From the NCBI RefSeq assembly GCF_001194135.2, contig NC_069004.1:17137711-17201034 (forward strand): a stretch of 63,324 nucleotides of DNA, written 5' to 3'. Position numbers and translations under genes: made by a program. Numbering within the stretch: the stretch's first letter is position 1; each line of letters starts with the position of its first letter. The stretch comes from Octopus bimaculoides (lineage: Eukaryota). Below the pieces are notes generated by a model. It was not told the DNA's origin. It saw only the letters and a program-made list of their open reading frames with translations, and searched no databases. Below are positions 26,807 to 40,877 of this stretch, piece by piece.

Positions 26807-29800
26807 TTCCTATTCTCTTTCTTATATTTAGCTTGTACCTTGAGGGTATGCCCTATCCATTCTCCCTCTATGTTTCCTGCTGAGGAAGCCATGTACCTTC
26901 TCTTCAGTAAGACTCATGTTCTTGTCCTTCCATCATGTTTTCATCTTCCTCAGTCTTGCAAGTTCTTGGTTATCTCACTAGTGCTGGTGCTGTGAAAAAG
27001 GTGCCTGGTATACAGGAAGGGCATCCTGGAGTATGATGCAGTCTTCTGGCTGATTGATTCCTGCCAAACTGTTCAATCCATGACGAGGACATACACAATA
27101 CACAATATACACACACACACATACACACATACATATATACTTATACAGTTGACATGTATGCAGCAACTTTTACAGTACTGTACAATCAATGAAAGCCTCT
27201 TCATCTCTGTTCTCTATTTTCTCTATAGACATCTGCTAGTACTTTAACGTTATCATTTCCAGCTGATGTTCTGGAAATTTTCCTATGGTACCTCTACACT
27301 AATGATATACCCAATTTAAAAGGTAAGTTAATCGTTGGGTTGTTGTTGTTGTTGTTGTTGTTGCTGTTGTTATTTAGCTTTTAGTCAGTCCAAGTTAAGC
27401 ATACTTGTCTGTGACTAAATTCATTCCTCCCATGACCATTCCATCTTTTTCCAATGTGGAGGTAACACAGAATCACATTATCCAATGTGTTCTTTTTTTA
27501 AGACAGTCAGGTGTGGTTTAAGGTAGATCTGGCTGCTATTTCTAGCAGGTCTTGTGTGACAGAATTTCTTTCTTTGACAGTTGTTGTAATTGTTGTTGTT
27601 CTTTGTGGTTAGTTTTGTTATTTACAAATACAATATGAAGTGTATAGGCACAGGTGTGGCTTTGTTGTAAGAAGCTTGTTTCCTAACCACATGGTTCCGG
27701 GTTCAGTCCCACTGCATGGCACCTTGGGCAAATGTCTTCTACTATAGCCTCAGGCTGACCAAAGCCTTATGAGTGGATTTTGTAGATGGAAACTGAAAGA
27801 AGCCCATCGTATATATGTGTGAGTGTGTGTTTGTGTGTTTGTGTTTGTCCCCTCATCACTGCTTGACAACCAATGTTGGTGTGTTTAACTTAGCGATTCG
27901 GCAAAAGCAAATGATAGAATAAGGATTAGGCTTGCAAAAAATAAGTCCTGGGGTCGATTTGTTCAACTAAAACTCTTCAAGGTTGTTCTCCAGCAAAACT
28001 GCAGTCAAATGACTGAAACAAATAAAAGAATGGAAAAAACCTCATATTGTTTTCTTTTAATCTCTTTTACTCGTTTCAGTCATTAGACTGCATCCATGCT
28101 GGGACATTGTTTTGAAGGATTCCAATCAGTCAAAATGCCCTGAGTACTTATTTTTTAATTATTTGTCTTAAGGATCTCTGTTGAGCCACAAGCACTGGTT
28201 TTTTTCGAGTAGTCATGCGAAACAGTCTGCTGGACTTTCTGAGTGGCACACCTAACAAAAATTACTTTGAACCAGTTTTTTTGTAGTGCAGCTTCCCTGA
28301 TGATGAGCCATGTCTCGTGTAGTTCACTTCTTGGAAAAGGTTGCCTGTGCCTGATCTAGAGGGTCAACAAAAGGACCAACATGGAAACAGAACTGTCTTA
28401 GCAACATTATAGGCCTTCGGACAAATCAGTCACTGGGCCCTATGTGTATATATTTATTGTAATGAGCAAACCACAACATATATAGGTCAGAATACGGCCC
28501 CTAGACTAATGAGGTCCCTTGGCAACTGCCCAGTGAGTCCATGGCATAAGATGGCACTATATGGAAATACACACACACACACACTAAGTCCACTCTGTAA
28601 TCAACATAAGTATTTATTCAAAAGGAACAACTGGTCAACAATATTGGATGTAAACAAAGTTGAAGGTATTTCATAGGAGTTTTCCTTCTCCTGGAGAGTT
28701 GTCTAAATAAAAACCAGGGGCCTCACACTCCCAGCTGTTAAATAGGTGTCCACTCTACTGAGTTCATCTACCCTTTGACAGGTTTTGGTTTTTGTCCTGC
28801 ATAATATCCGACAAAAACCATCCTCCTTACAAGGCAATTGTTTAGTAGAATTCCTGGTTTAGTTGCAGACGTTCCAACCTTGCAACATACATACACGTGT
28901 GTCTGCATGCTCACCTACACGCACACACACACACAGGATCATGCATCCATTCATTCATTGAGACACTTGTGTATGATATAAGAGATTATACTTGATCTTT
29001 GATTACTCATTTTATATTCTAGATTGTATCTTACTGCAGGAAATTCTAGCAAAAGCTGAAGAAACTTTGCTTGTTGATCTAAAACACCTCTGTGAAATCC
29101 AAATTATCAGAGCAAGTAAGTCCATTTTTTGTCTTTTTTTTAATAGTTACCTCATTTTGCTGTTAAATTAATGTGTAAGTGGCTGAGTATTCCATTGTCA
29201 AGTACAATGTAACACTATGTGGTGACAAGGTCGAATCTTTTGAATTAGTTTTCATTCACACAATTTCACTCACAAGGTATAGTTTTATCTGAGATTATAG
29301 AAGATAACATTTTCCCATATATATGATATACAAGGTGATATCAAAAAGTTCTCAGGCTAGTTCTGTAGCATGCCAACAGATGGCAGCACATGGTTGTGTG
29401 CACAGTGAGAGCTAGCAGTGACCTTCATGAGGCAGTGTGCTGAATAACATCACTGTGTTTACTTCACAAATTGTGAAATGTGTTTGTGTGATCATGCGTA
29501 TGCTGTAGTCTGTAATTTTGTCATGGACAGGAAGAAAGAGCAAAGAACCAACATGAAATTTTACGTTACTTGAGACATTGAGCATGCTTTGGCAAGCTTA
29601 TGGCAATAAGACAATGGGTCGTACACAATGCTTCGAGTGACATGGGTGCTTCAAAAACAGAACATCCCTGGAAGACAACGAGCAATCTGGAAGACCTGTC
29701 ATGAGTCACCCCTGGAAGTGTGGTAGTGTGCATCGAGAATTCATCTGCAACATTTTAAAGCATTGAAGGGAGGTCATTCGGTAAAAGTGACCAGATCTGT

Positions 29801-32800
29801 GGAGTGTGAAGAATTGGATTCTTCACAGATAATGCACTCTGTCACCCAGCTCTCCTCACTTGTGAGTTTCTTGCGAAAAACAACATGGATTTGCTTCCAC
29901 ACCTGCCCTATTCACTAGATTTAGCAACTGCAGACTTCCATCTCTAACGCTCTAACCTAAGATGAGAATGCAGCTCAAAGGTCACCGTTTTAACATCATT
30001 GTCAAGATCCAGAGAGAATTGAAGAAGATCCTTGACTTGCTTGTGGAAAATGAGTTCCAGGCTAGATTCCAAAAGTGGCAAGAACACTGGGAGTGGCAAG
30101 AACACTGTGCAAGATGACTATTTCGAAGGAGATGATGTTAAAACCTTGGCAAATAAGTTATTTTTTATTAAACATAAACTAGTCTGAAAACCTTTTGATA
30201 CCATCTCGTATTGGTATGCGTACACATATATATATAATACAAATATATATATACATACATATATATATGAAGGCCTGGCAGTTAGGATGTTGCACCCATG
30301 ATTGCAAGATCATGATTTTAATTCCTGGACCAGGTGATGCATCGTGTTCTTAAGCAAAACACTCCATCTCATATTGCTCTGTGATCACTTTGACACCTGG
30401 CGTGTGGTATAACATGAACCTGTTTAAACAATGTCAATTTCCCATATATATATGTTGTGTTGCCAATATTTATGATGGTACTTTTTTACACTATAATCGT
30501 ATAGTAACAATAAAACATAATGAAGCACGGTAACAACAACGTAACAATCCAACAAACTCTCCATGAACTATACACGAACCAATAAACGATATTCCAACAA
30601 ACTACCAAACGACACCTATGACTTCCTGTGATTAACACCTGCTCTTTCTGACCTCTCACTCAGACTGCTACTATTTATAGTTGTTCGGTCAAGTCTTTTC
30701 TCACTGGGGATGTCATAACTCGCCACATCTCACCTTTTGAGATTTTGATTTCCGTAGGAAATGAAAATTATTTTATCATTTTTTGTTTTCTTTTTCTTTC
30801 TAACACACCTCCCTTTCTGAAATTTTGCTTCCCTAGGGAGTTCAGTATCTTTTCCACTTAGGAATTATTTCTAAATGTTCAGTCTGTTTATGTTTTCTGT
30901 TACTTCTAGATCAGTCTCTTTCAGTGCTTGCACATCAAACATATCGTAAAATACTTCCATTAGAATTTCCTTCCTTTCTACTGTATGTCTGGTTTTTAAT
31001 TGATTTAAGTCGTGTTTATGCTCCCATCATTGGCCTTTTATTAAATACATCATGTTTTCAATTCTTTTAGTCACTACACCATCCTACCAACTCTCTTCAA
31101 TGTTCTTGTATACTTTGAAATGGACTTTGTCTCCAACTTCATTTAGTTGAATTTTTTGTATTTTCTCTATACGTTTTCTCCTTTGGCAACAATTTGTCAA
31201 AGATAGATTTAATCCTTTGAGTAAACATTAGCTCTGCAGGTGACTGAACTGGTACTTGAATTGGGCATTATTCTGTACACCCTTAAGAATTTAGTTAGCA
31301 CTTCTTCATTTCCTAACTTGTTCCTTGCTTTTTTTTAGCACTCACTTGAAAGTATCTATGAATTGCTCTGCTTGCCCATTTGACCTCAGGTGGTAGGCAA
31401 ATGTGTTTGATTGCTTGCATTTTGCAGAATTTCTTGAACTCATATCCTGTAAATTGTGTTCCATTGTCCGATAGTATGGTGTCCGGAACACTGTATCGAA
31501 CAAAATGTTTGTGCAGGAATTTTATTGTTGCCTTCAAAGTAGGTTGACTGCCCCTACATACTTCCGGCCACTTGGTAAAGATATCGACAATGATCAAGTA
31601 GTACATACCTTTCACTGGTCTATGTAGTCTATATGCACCCTGGACCATGGACTATCTGCCTCAGGCTACGATTGGTATTTCACCAGTAATGCCTTGGCTG
31701 CTAGCACACAATCTCTATTGGAGCTTGGTTGGGAAATGATGTCACATCCACCATATATCCCTGACCTTGCACCATTAGATTACCATTTATTTTGAAGTTT
31801 GCAAAATTCTTTGAATGGTAAAACTTTCAATAATGATGATGGTCTGAAATTGCACTTGCTTCAGTTTTTGGCTGAAGCAAGTGCGATTTCAGATTATCAT
31901 CATTATTGAAAGTTTTACCATTTACAGAAGTTGTATGAGCATGGAATCGGGAAGTTGCCAGAAATATGTCAAAATGTCATCGAGCAAAATGGAAAATATA
32001 TAAGTGATTAAAGTGCATTCTTTGTATGAAAAATATGACTTTTATTTCACACTAAAAAACCAAAATTACTTTCTTCTTTCTTTATTGCCCACAAGGGGCT
32101 AAATATAAAGGGGACAAACAAGGACAGACAAAGGGATTAAGTCGATTACATCGACCCCAGTGCATAACTGGTACTTAATTTATCGACCCTGAGAGGATGA
32201 AAGGCAAAGTCAACCTCGGCGGAATTTGAACACAGAGCGTCACGGCAGACGAAATACCGCTAAGCATTTCGCCCAGCGTGCTGATGTTTCTGCCAGCTCT
32301 TCGCCTTTCTTGCCAACCTAATATATATATATAGGTGCTGGAGTGGCTATGTGGTAAAGAGTTTTTTTCCCAATCACATGGTTCCAGGTTCAGTCACACT
32401 GCATTCCACCTGTGTCAACTTAGTCATTCATCTTTCTGAGTCAAGATAAAATATAATGCAAGTCTGATTCCAGGGTCAGTGTCAATGACCATATTTCCCA
32501 CATCAATATGTTTGGCTTGGTGCCAGTATTAGAAACTGATGCTTAATTACTAACCCAAGGGTCAGGTTTACACTCCCTCCCCATCCTGCTCCCTTCTATG
32601 TTTACTCAGCTGGTAATGAATCTCAAAAATATCTTTTTTCTCCTTTGCCAGTAAATATGAATAATATTTTTGACCTTCTGCGATTTGCCATGATATACAG
32701 TGCTGAGAATCTTCAAAAGACATGTCTTCAAGGGATCTGTGATAATATTACTCATTTTCTGGAATTAAGGTAAGTTGTTACATTAAGAAATTTGTATAGA

Positions 32801-35514
32801 ATTTATTTTGTGGGTGGATCAGCTTTGGGTTCAGAAGTCAAATAATTTTTGCAACACTTGTATTGTGTGTGTATGTGTGTGTGGTTACAGGCATGGCTGT
32901 AGACACAGTCATGTCTTTGTGGTAAGAAGTTTGCTCCCCAACCACATGGTTCTGGGTTCAGTCCCATTTAGGCTAAATGTTGCTTCTAATTTAGCTGAAA
33001 AATTCTTTTAGGCTTTAGATAAACATATCTCTAAATCTAGCCCATATCATAAAATTTTTAATTGGCACACAGTTAAACTAGCATACTCTACAATACCCAA
33101 CATTGCTGAATATATAGGTCATTCGGAGTTTTCTCTCTTTAGTCAAGATCCAGATTATCTTTGCAATTTTGGCTGGTTATTCTCGATATTGCTCCAATCT
33201 GGCCAGACCCAAGGAAAAACTAAGCATTAGATTCCTTGGAAGAAAGCAGCAAATGTATACAAAAGACAAGGACAGAAAAAAACGAACAATGTTACATAAA
33301 TACAGTAATACAAATACAGTAAGAATAATAACAGGACAAACCAACAGATGTCAGGTCATCCCATAAGTTCTGTCCGAATTTTGAATAAAGAAAGCAAGTG
33401 ATCAAATGTTATATTTAATTGAAATTTAATCATCAATGTACTTTCCCTGATTATCTATGACTTCCTTCCATCTATTTACAAGCTTTTTAATCCCATCAAT
33501 GTAAAACTCTTTTGGTTTCAAAGCGAAGAACTCTGAAATGTCNNNNNNNNNNNNNNNNNNNNNNNNNNNNNNNNNNNNNNNNNNNNNNNNNNNNNNNNNN
33601 NNNNNNNNNNNNNNNNNNNNNNNNNNNNNNNNNNNNNNNNNNNNNNNNNNNNNNNNNNNNNNNNNNNNNNNNNNNNNNNNNNNNNNNNNNNNNNNNNNNN
33701 NNNNNNNNNNNNNNNNNNNNNNNNNNNNNNNNNNNNNNNNNNNNNNNNNNNNNNNNNNNNNNNNNNNNNNNNNNNNNNNNNNNNNNNNNNNNNNNNNNNN
33801 NNNNNNNNNNNNNNNNNNNNNNNNNNNNNNNNNNNNNNNNNNNNNNNNNNNNNNNNNNNNNNNNNNNNNNNNNNNNNNNNNNNNNNNNNNNNNNNNNNNN
33901 NNNNNNNNNNNNNNNNNNNNNNNNNNNNNNNNNNNNNNNNNNNNNNNNNNNNNNNNNNNNNNNNNNNNNNNNNNNNNNNNNNNNNNNNNNNNNNNNNNNN
34001 NNNNNNNNNNNNNNNNNNNNNNNNNNNNNNNNNNNNNNNNNNNNNNNNNNNNNNNNNNNNNNNNNNNNNNNNNNNNNNNNNNNNNNNNNNNNNNNNNNNN
34101 NNNNNNNNNNNNNNNNNNNNNNNNNNNNNNNNNNNNNNNNNNNNNNNNNNNNNNNNNNNNNNNNNNNNNNNNNNNNNNNNNNNNNNNNNNNNNNNNNNNN
34201 NNNNNNNNNNNNNNNNNNNNNNNNNNNNNNNNNNNNNNNNNNNNNNNNNNNNNNNNNNNNNNNNNNNNNNNNNNNNNNNNNNNNNNNNNNNNNNNNNNNN
34301 NNNNNNNNNNNNNNNNNNNNNNNNNNNNNNNNNNNNNNNNNNNNNNNNNNNNNNNNNNNNNNNNNNNNNNNNNNNNNNNNNNCTGCAAGTTCTTTCATTC
34401 AAGCATTCTTTCCCATAAACTGAGTGTATGTTTTGAGTCGCTTCGGCTGCAGAGTTTCCATTTTTTGTACTCATAAAGCATTATGTGCCTTAAATGCTCT
34501 TTGGATACTTCCATGTTAGAAAGGGTTTTAATCAAAGAAATTTTAATTCTATTATTCTGTAAAATAATATTTAATTAGTTTAAATGTAAACAAATGCATA
34601 AAAATCATTTTTAATTACATTAGACATTCTAAAATACTATTAAATTTCATTCAATTTTAAAAAAGGTAAAATCGGACAGAACTTATAGGATGACCTGATA
34701 TATATAGATATATATAGGTACAGGCATGGTTGTGTGGTAAAAAGCTTGCTTCCCAATCATATGGTTCTGGTTTCTGTCCCACTGCATAGCACCCTAGACA
34801 AGTATCTTTTACTATAACCTTGGGTAGACCAAAGCCTTGTGAGTGGATTTGGTTGATGGAAACTGAAAGAAGCCCATCATATATATATATATATGTCTAT
34901 ATGTGTGTATTGGTGTTTATCCCCACCACCATCGCTTGACTATGGATGTTGATGTGTTTATATCCCCGTAACTTAGCGGTTCAGCAAAAGGGACCGATAG
35001 AATAAGTACTAGGCTTACAAAGAATAAATCCTGGGGTCAATTTCTTTGACTAAAGGCACTGCTCCAGCATGTCAAATGACTGAAACAAGTAAAAGAATAA
35101 AAGAGTAAAAATAAAAGAATATATATATATATAAAGGATAAAGACCCCCTTCGGTCATGAATGACCATGGGATTGCACCTAGAAAATTACCCTCAGGCAA
35201 AGTTGTTTATGAAGGACCAGCAGTTGCCCATGCACACCAGCCTCCCTTCTCTACACCTCTGATGTTATCCAAGGGAAAGGCAAACGCTGAAACACCTTGG
35301 CACCAGTGATATTGCAACCATTTCTACAGCTGAAAGAACTGGAGCAATGTGAAATGAAGTATCTTCCTCAAGAACATACCACACAGCTTTGTCTTAGAAT
35401 CGAACTCACTACCTCCTGATTATGAGCCCAGTGCTCTAACCACTGAGCCATGCACCTTCACATATCTGTGTGTGTGTGTGTGTGTGTATATATCTGTATT
35501 TATCTATCTATCTA

Positions 35515-35575
<61 letters not shown>

Positions 35576-38500
35576 CTGTATTAATAAATGTATTAAAATT
35601 ATCTTCCTTTGAGAGAACTCAAATCCATGTGGTTGAGAATTAAACTCCTTACCACATAGCCATTCTTACTCATCGTAAAAATTTAGTAACAAACTACCAT
35701 GAAAATATCTCCTATATAACATCTTTTTATAGAATAGAATCACACTCATCAAATCCCTGTACAGAATTATAATTCTCTAATTGTTGCATCCCTTATCAGA
35801 ATGACAATTCTCCGTTAATAACATGTTCTTATCCTTTTACAGATTGCTTGATCCAATTGAAGAAGAAGTAATGTATGAGATTTCCAAGTTTTATAAGGCA
35901 AATGTAAGAATTCATCAAATTTACTTCTTCACTCCAACATGAATTTCATTGAATTTAGGCTCAGACAAGGCTCTGTGGTAAGAAGTTTGCTTCCCAACCA
36001 TGCAGTCTTGAGTTCAGTTCCATTTTGCACTATCACTATCACAAGAAGGTTGACAGAGAATATAGTCTTTGTGTGTGTGGAAAATGTGCAGGAACAATAA
36101 ACACTAAAAATGTGCAGACAATAGACTCCCTCAAATGCTCGGAGGGATCATTAGAAGCAGTTGATAGCTTCTATTACCTAAGACTAAGTTAGCAGTGATA
36201 GAGGAAGTTCTGATAGTGTGGTTGCTAGAATAAGAACAGGCTGAGAAAAGTTCAGAGAGTTTCTGCCTTTGTTGGTAATTAAGGGCCTCTCCCTCAGAGT
36301 GAAAGGCAGATTGTATGATGCCTGTGTATGCACAGCTATGTTACATGGCAGTGAAAAATGGGCTTCGACTATAGAGGACTTGTGAAGGCTTGAAAGAAAT
36401 GAAGCTAGCATGCTCAGTTGGATAGTTAATGTCAGTGTGTATGCACGATGGAGTGTAAATGATTTAAGAGGAAAACTGAGTACAAGAGACATCAGATGTC
36501 GTGTGCAAGAGAGAAGACTGCACTGGTTTGGTTATGCGATGCGTATGAATGAGGACAGCTGTGTAAAGAAGTGCTAAAATGTAATTGTGGAATGTACCTG
36601 TAGAAGGGGTAGTACACCCAAGAAGACATGGGACAAAGTGGTGAGAAAGGATCTTCAGACACTGGGCTTCACTGAGAAAATGAAAAGGGACTGGGAGTTG
36701 TGGCAATTTGCTGTACTTGATAAGACACGTTAAGATAAGAAAACCAAAAATGTGGCACCCTAGTCGTAATACCAACTTGAACTTCTAACTTGTCTCTTGA
36801 GGTCTCTGGGTGAGACTTGGAACCGACTTGTACAAATACAAAGCAAAAGCCAAACATATACAGGGGTTGGACAAAATAATGGAAGCACCTTCAAATTTAT
36901 TTTAATATTGGGTAGGATCACCTTTGGCAGTAATTACAGCTTGAATTCTACAAGGTATGGACTTGTACAAAGTTTGAATTGTTTCCAAAGGAATTTTTGT
37001 CCATTCTTCAGCTAAAACAGTCTCCAGTTCTTGTAGTGATGATGAGGGAGGATATCGACTCCTTACTTGTTTTTCTAAAATGCACCATAAATGTTCAATA
37101 ATATTGAGATCTGGGGACTATGGAGGCAAGATAAGATGTTCAACTTCACTAGAATGTTCCTTGTGCCATTCAGTAATAACTTTAGCTGTGTGAATTGGTG
37201 TGTTATCATCCTGAAAGATTGCATTTCCCTCCGGAAACAGTTCTGCAACCATAGGAATTTGATCAGATAAAATGCTTAGACAGTCTTGACTATTAATTCT
37301 GCCATGAAGGGAAATCATTGGACTGGTGGATTTCCAAGATATAGCCCACCAGATCATCACAGATCCTCCTCCATATTTAACAGTTGGAAGAAGGCAGTCT
37401 GGGTCAAATGCTTCTTTTGGCTATCTCCACACATATACTCGGCCAGTGGTCAGAAATAAGGTAATGGATGACTTGTCTGAGAAAATAACTTTCTTCCACT
37501 ACTCTAGGGACCATTTCTGTAGGTTTTTACTCCACTCTAAATGCTTTGCAACATTTGTTTTTGAAAGTAGTGGTTTTCTCATTGCAGCCCTCCTGTGAAA
37601 TCTGGCTTTGTCAGCTTCCGGCGAACAGATTTTGTGGAAACTGGGTTCTCGAGGTGGTCATTAAGCTCTGCAGTAATTTTGGGAGCTGTACTTTTGTGAT
37701 CCTTTCTAACAATTCGTGTAAGAGTTTGATGGTCCCTATCTGAAAGTTTTGGTTTCCTCCTGGAGTTTTGTTTCGACAAGGAGGTTTTTCCCTCTTTCTC
37801 AAAGGTTGTCATTACTTTCGAGACAGTACTTCTTGATACACCAAACATTTCGGCTGTTTTCATTATGCTAGCGCCTGCCACACAAACACCAACAATTTGA
37901 CCACTTTGAAAGTCCGATAGATCTGTCATTTTAATAAATTTTAATTATCTTTTTCTGATGATATCTGAAAAGAAACAGCAATTTTATCAAAACATATTAA
38001 GCAACACTAATAATAAATCAAGAAACATAAAAATAAACAAGCTTTTGACGGTTTTATAGATATTTCAAAATTATGATACTATGATGCTAGGTGTTTCCAT
38101 TATTTTGTCCAACCCCTGTATATATATACCCAGGCTTATTCCCCATTTTATTTTTTAGGAGTGGGTAGCCACAACAAGACACCCATCAAGCATTCCGTTC
38201 CTTTTCCCAGCTCAAAGCCAAACAGATGATGATGACGATTTGTTTTTCTTTCTAATTTTGGCACAAGGCCAGCAATTTTAGGGTTAGTTGGGTAAAGGAG
38301 TTAGTTGATTACATTGACTCCCCGCTGATATTTGATTGGTACTTTATTGACCTCAAAAGAAGATGAAAAGTAAAGTTGACGTTGGTAGTATTTGAATTCA
38401 GAAAGTAAAGAACTTGAAGAAATGCCATAAAGCATTTTGTCCAACAGGCTAAGGATTCTGACATCTGATTTAGGCACAAGGCCAGCAATTTCTTTGGGAA

Positions 38501-40843
38501 GGAGACTAATAGATCCCATTGATCCCAGGACTTGGCTGATGCTTCATTTTATCAACCCTTGCGGGTGGGCGAACATTTTTTTTTCTGACACTCTGATGAT
38601 TTTGTCTGATCCCAGGTTTCTCACTAGACATCAAGGCTTTAAATTTTGGAGAGGAGAAACAATTGATTGCATTGACCCCCGTAGGTGACTGGAAGAAAGG
38701 TAAACTTATCTTTGGTGTGATCTGAATACAAAATGCTGGTGGACATAAACAATACCACAAGGTATTTTGACCATGATTCCATCAATTTGTGCAGTCCAGA
38801 TTTTTTAAATTCACATGAGCCCAAAACATTTAGAGAAATGTAAATACAATCATCACTTGCAAGTGACTATGACTTGGTAACACATACCGTGCTATCACTA
38901 ATTGTTTTCGGTGCTTATGTAGTAACAAGCATACATAGACACTCTCTCAGTCCCCCACCACTGACCCAGCTGAGCACCCTACAATGAGGAGAGAAGGTTG
39001 TTCCAGCATTTAGTACACATTACAGTAATGTGAGATGAAATGCCTGGCTCAGAGCAAAACTTACCATTTGGTTCATAACTTTATGATCATGTCTAGTCAC
39101 CTTTGTCTAGTGAATGCAACACAACTAAGTATATTAACCTCACTACTTGACCATTATAGATTTTTTCTTTTTTCCTTGTCACCAAATCTTTTACTATTTA
39201 TTTCTTTTGTAGTCAAAATGTGTGAGACATCGAGTGATCACACCATTTAGTGAAGGCCCTGACAGACAATACCTGGAACAACTTGCTAAAGACTTTACCA
39301 GCAGTAAACAAGTCAACCCAAAACCTCAAGCCACACCTGTGATCAAGAACAAAATTGGAAGGCGCCGTAGTCGTCATAAAAGTTTTTCCTTCAGTGAATT
39401 AAAGACTCCTGAAGCTGTACATAACAATGGATCTCCGCCAAAAGACAGTCTTGTGAATAATAATAATGATGATGATGATGATGACAATAATGCTAATAAT
39501 AACAGCAACAACAGTAAATATGATAACAATAATGCTGAACATATGCAAAATGAGGTATTTTTTCAAAATGATCTTTATCTTTATCTAAATTTATTAAGCA
39601 TAATATCAGTATAAATATTCAAACATTTTCTATTGCTAAAAGTGAGGTTAATAATCAGAAAAATTATTATTTTATTATTTTAGAAGTATGTCAGTCTACA
39701 TGCTGGAACATTTTATCTTGTTCCTCTAATAAAGGGTTTCCTGAATAAGACCTCTTCTAAAGAATTCATTATGGTTCTTATATATTCTTTCTAAATTCAC
39801 AGGCTGGTGCTTTAAATCAAAGTTTTACAGAATCTACAAGCTGTCAGAAGCCAGTAGTTATTCGTGACAAAGACAATCCTTGGAGCTTAATTTTGTCACC
39901 TGTGAAAGTTCCTGACAAAAGTCAAACAGGCTCTACTCGAACTCCTCCACAACCTCTACCACATTCGCCACCACAAACTGTGATAAGTCTGACCAACATC
40001 ATGGCGGAACAACAAAGTCAATTGCCGCAGCAAAAGTAATTACAATCTCTTACATCACATTATGTTTTAAGGATGAGTGTTTGTTTGTTTGCGAGGTGGG
40101 GTTGTTTGTTTTGCTTTTTTCATTTAGTCTGAAGTCTAACTGAGTATCTTTGCTTTATTGGTTAAAGAATCATATTTGGATAGAGTAAACAAATGGGAGT
40201 GATGAATATCTCTGATATATTGGTCAAGGTATCACTCCTAGAATATTGGTTTAATAGGAAGAATTAGTGTTTATGGTTTATTACTCAGAGCATCACATCA
40301 GGCATATTCAATAAGCAGGAGCATCTATGGTGCATTAGTCAATTAGTTAGAATATCACTTGGAATGTTTGACAAATGAGAGTGACTAATTATAGTTTCTT
40401 CGTGAGAGTAGTACACTTGGAATATTAATCAAATGAGAACATTTATAACTTAGTAATCAATCAGAGATTTCAATTTCACATTTTGAATATTTGCTAGATT
40501 AGAGTGGGAGTATCTCTGGATGAAGAGCCCTAACATTTTGGTTAAGACCCCTCTTTAGATAATAATAAGATTCCAGAATAAGCTCTTCTCAAGGTACACA
40601 AAACTTGGAGGTTTATTCTTTTATTCTTTTACTTGTTTCAATCATTTAACTGTGACCATCCTGGAGCTCTGCTTTGAAGAGTTTTAGTTGAACAAATCAA
40701 CCCCAGGATTTATTTCTTAAGCCTAGTACTTATTCTATCGGTCTCCTTTGCTGAAATGGTAAGTTACAGGGATGTAAACACAACACCACTGATTGTCAAG
40801 TGGTGATGAGGGAGAAACAGACATAAAGACACATGTACACAAG

Positions 40844-40877
<34 letters not shown>

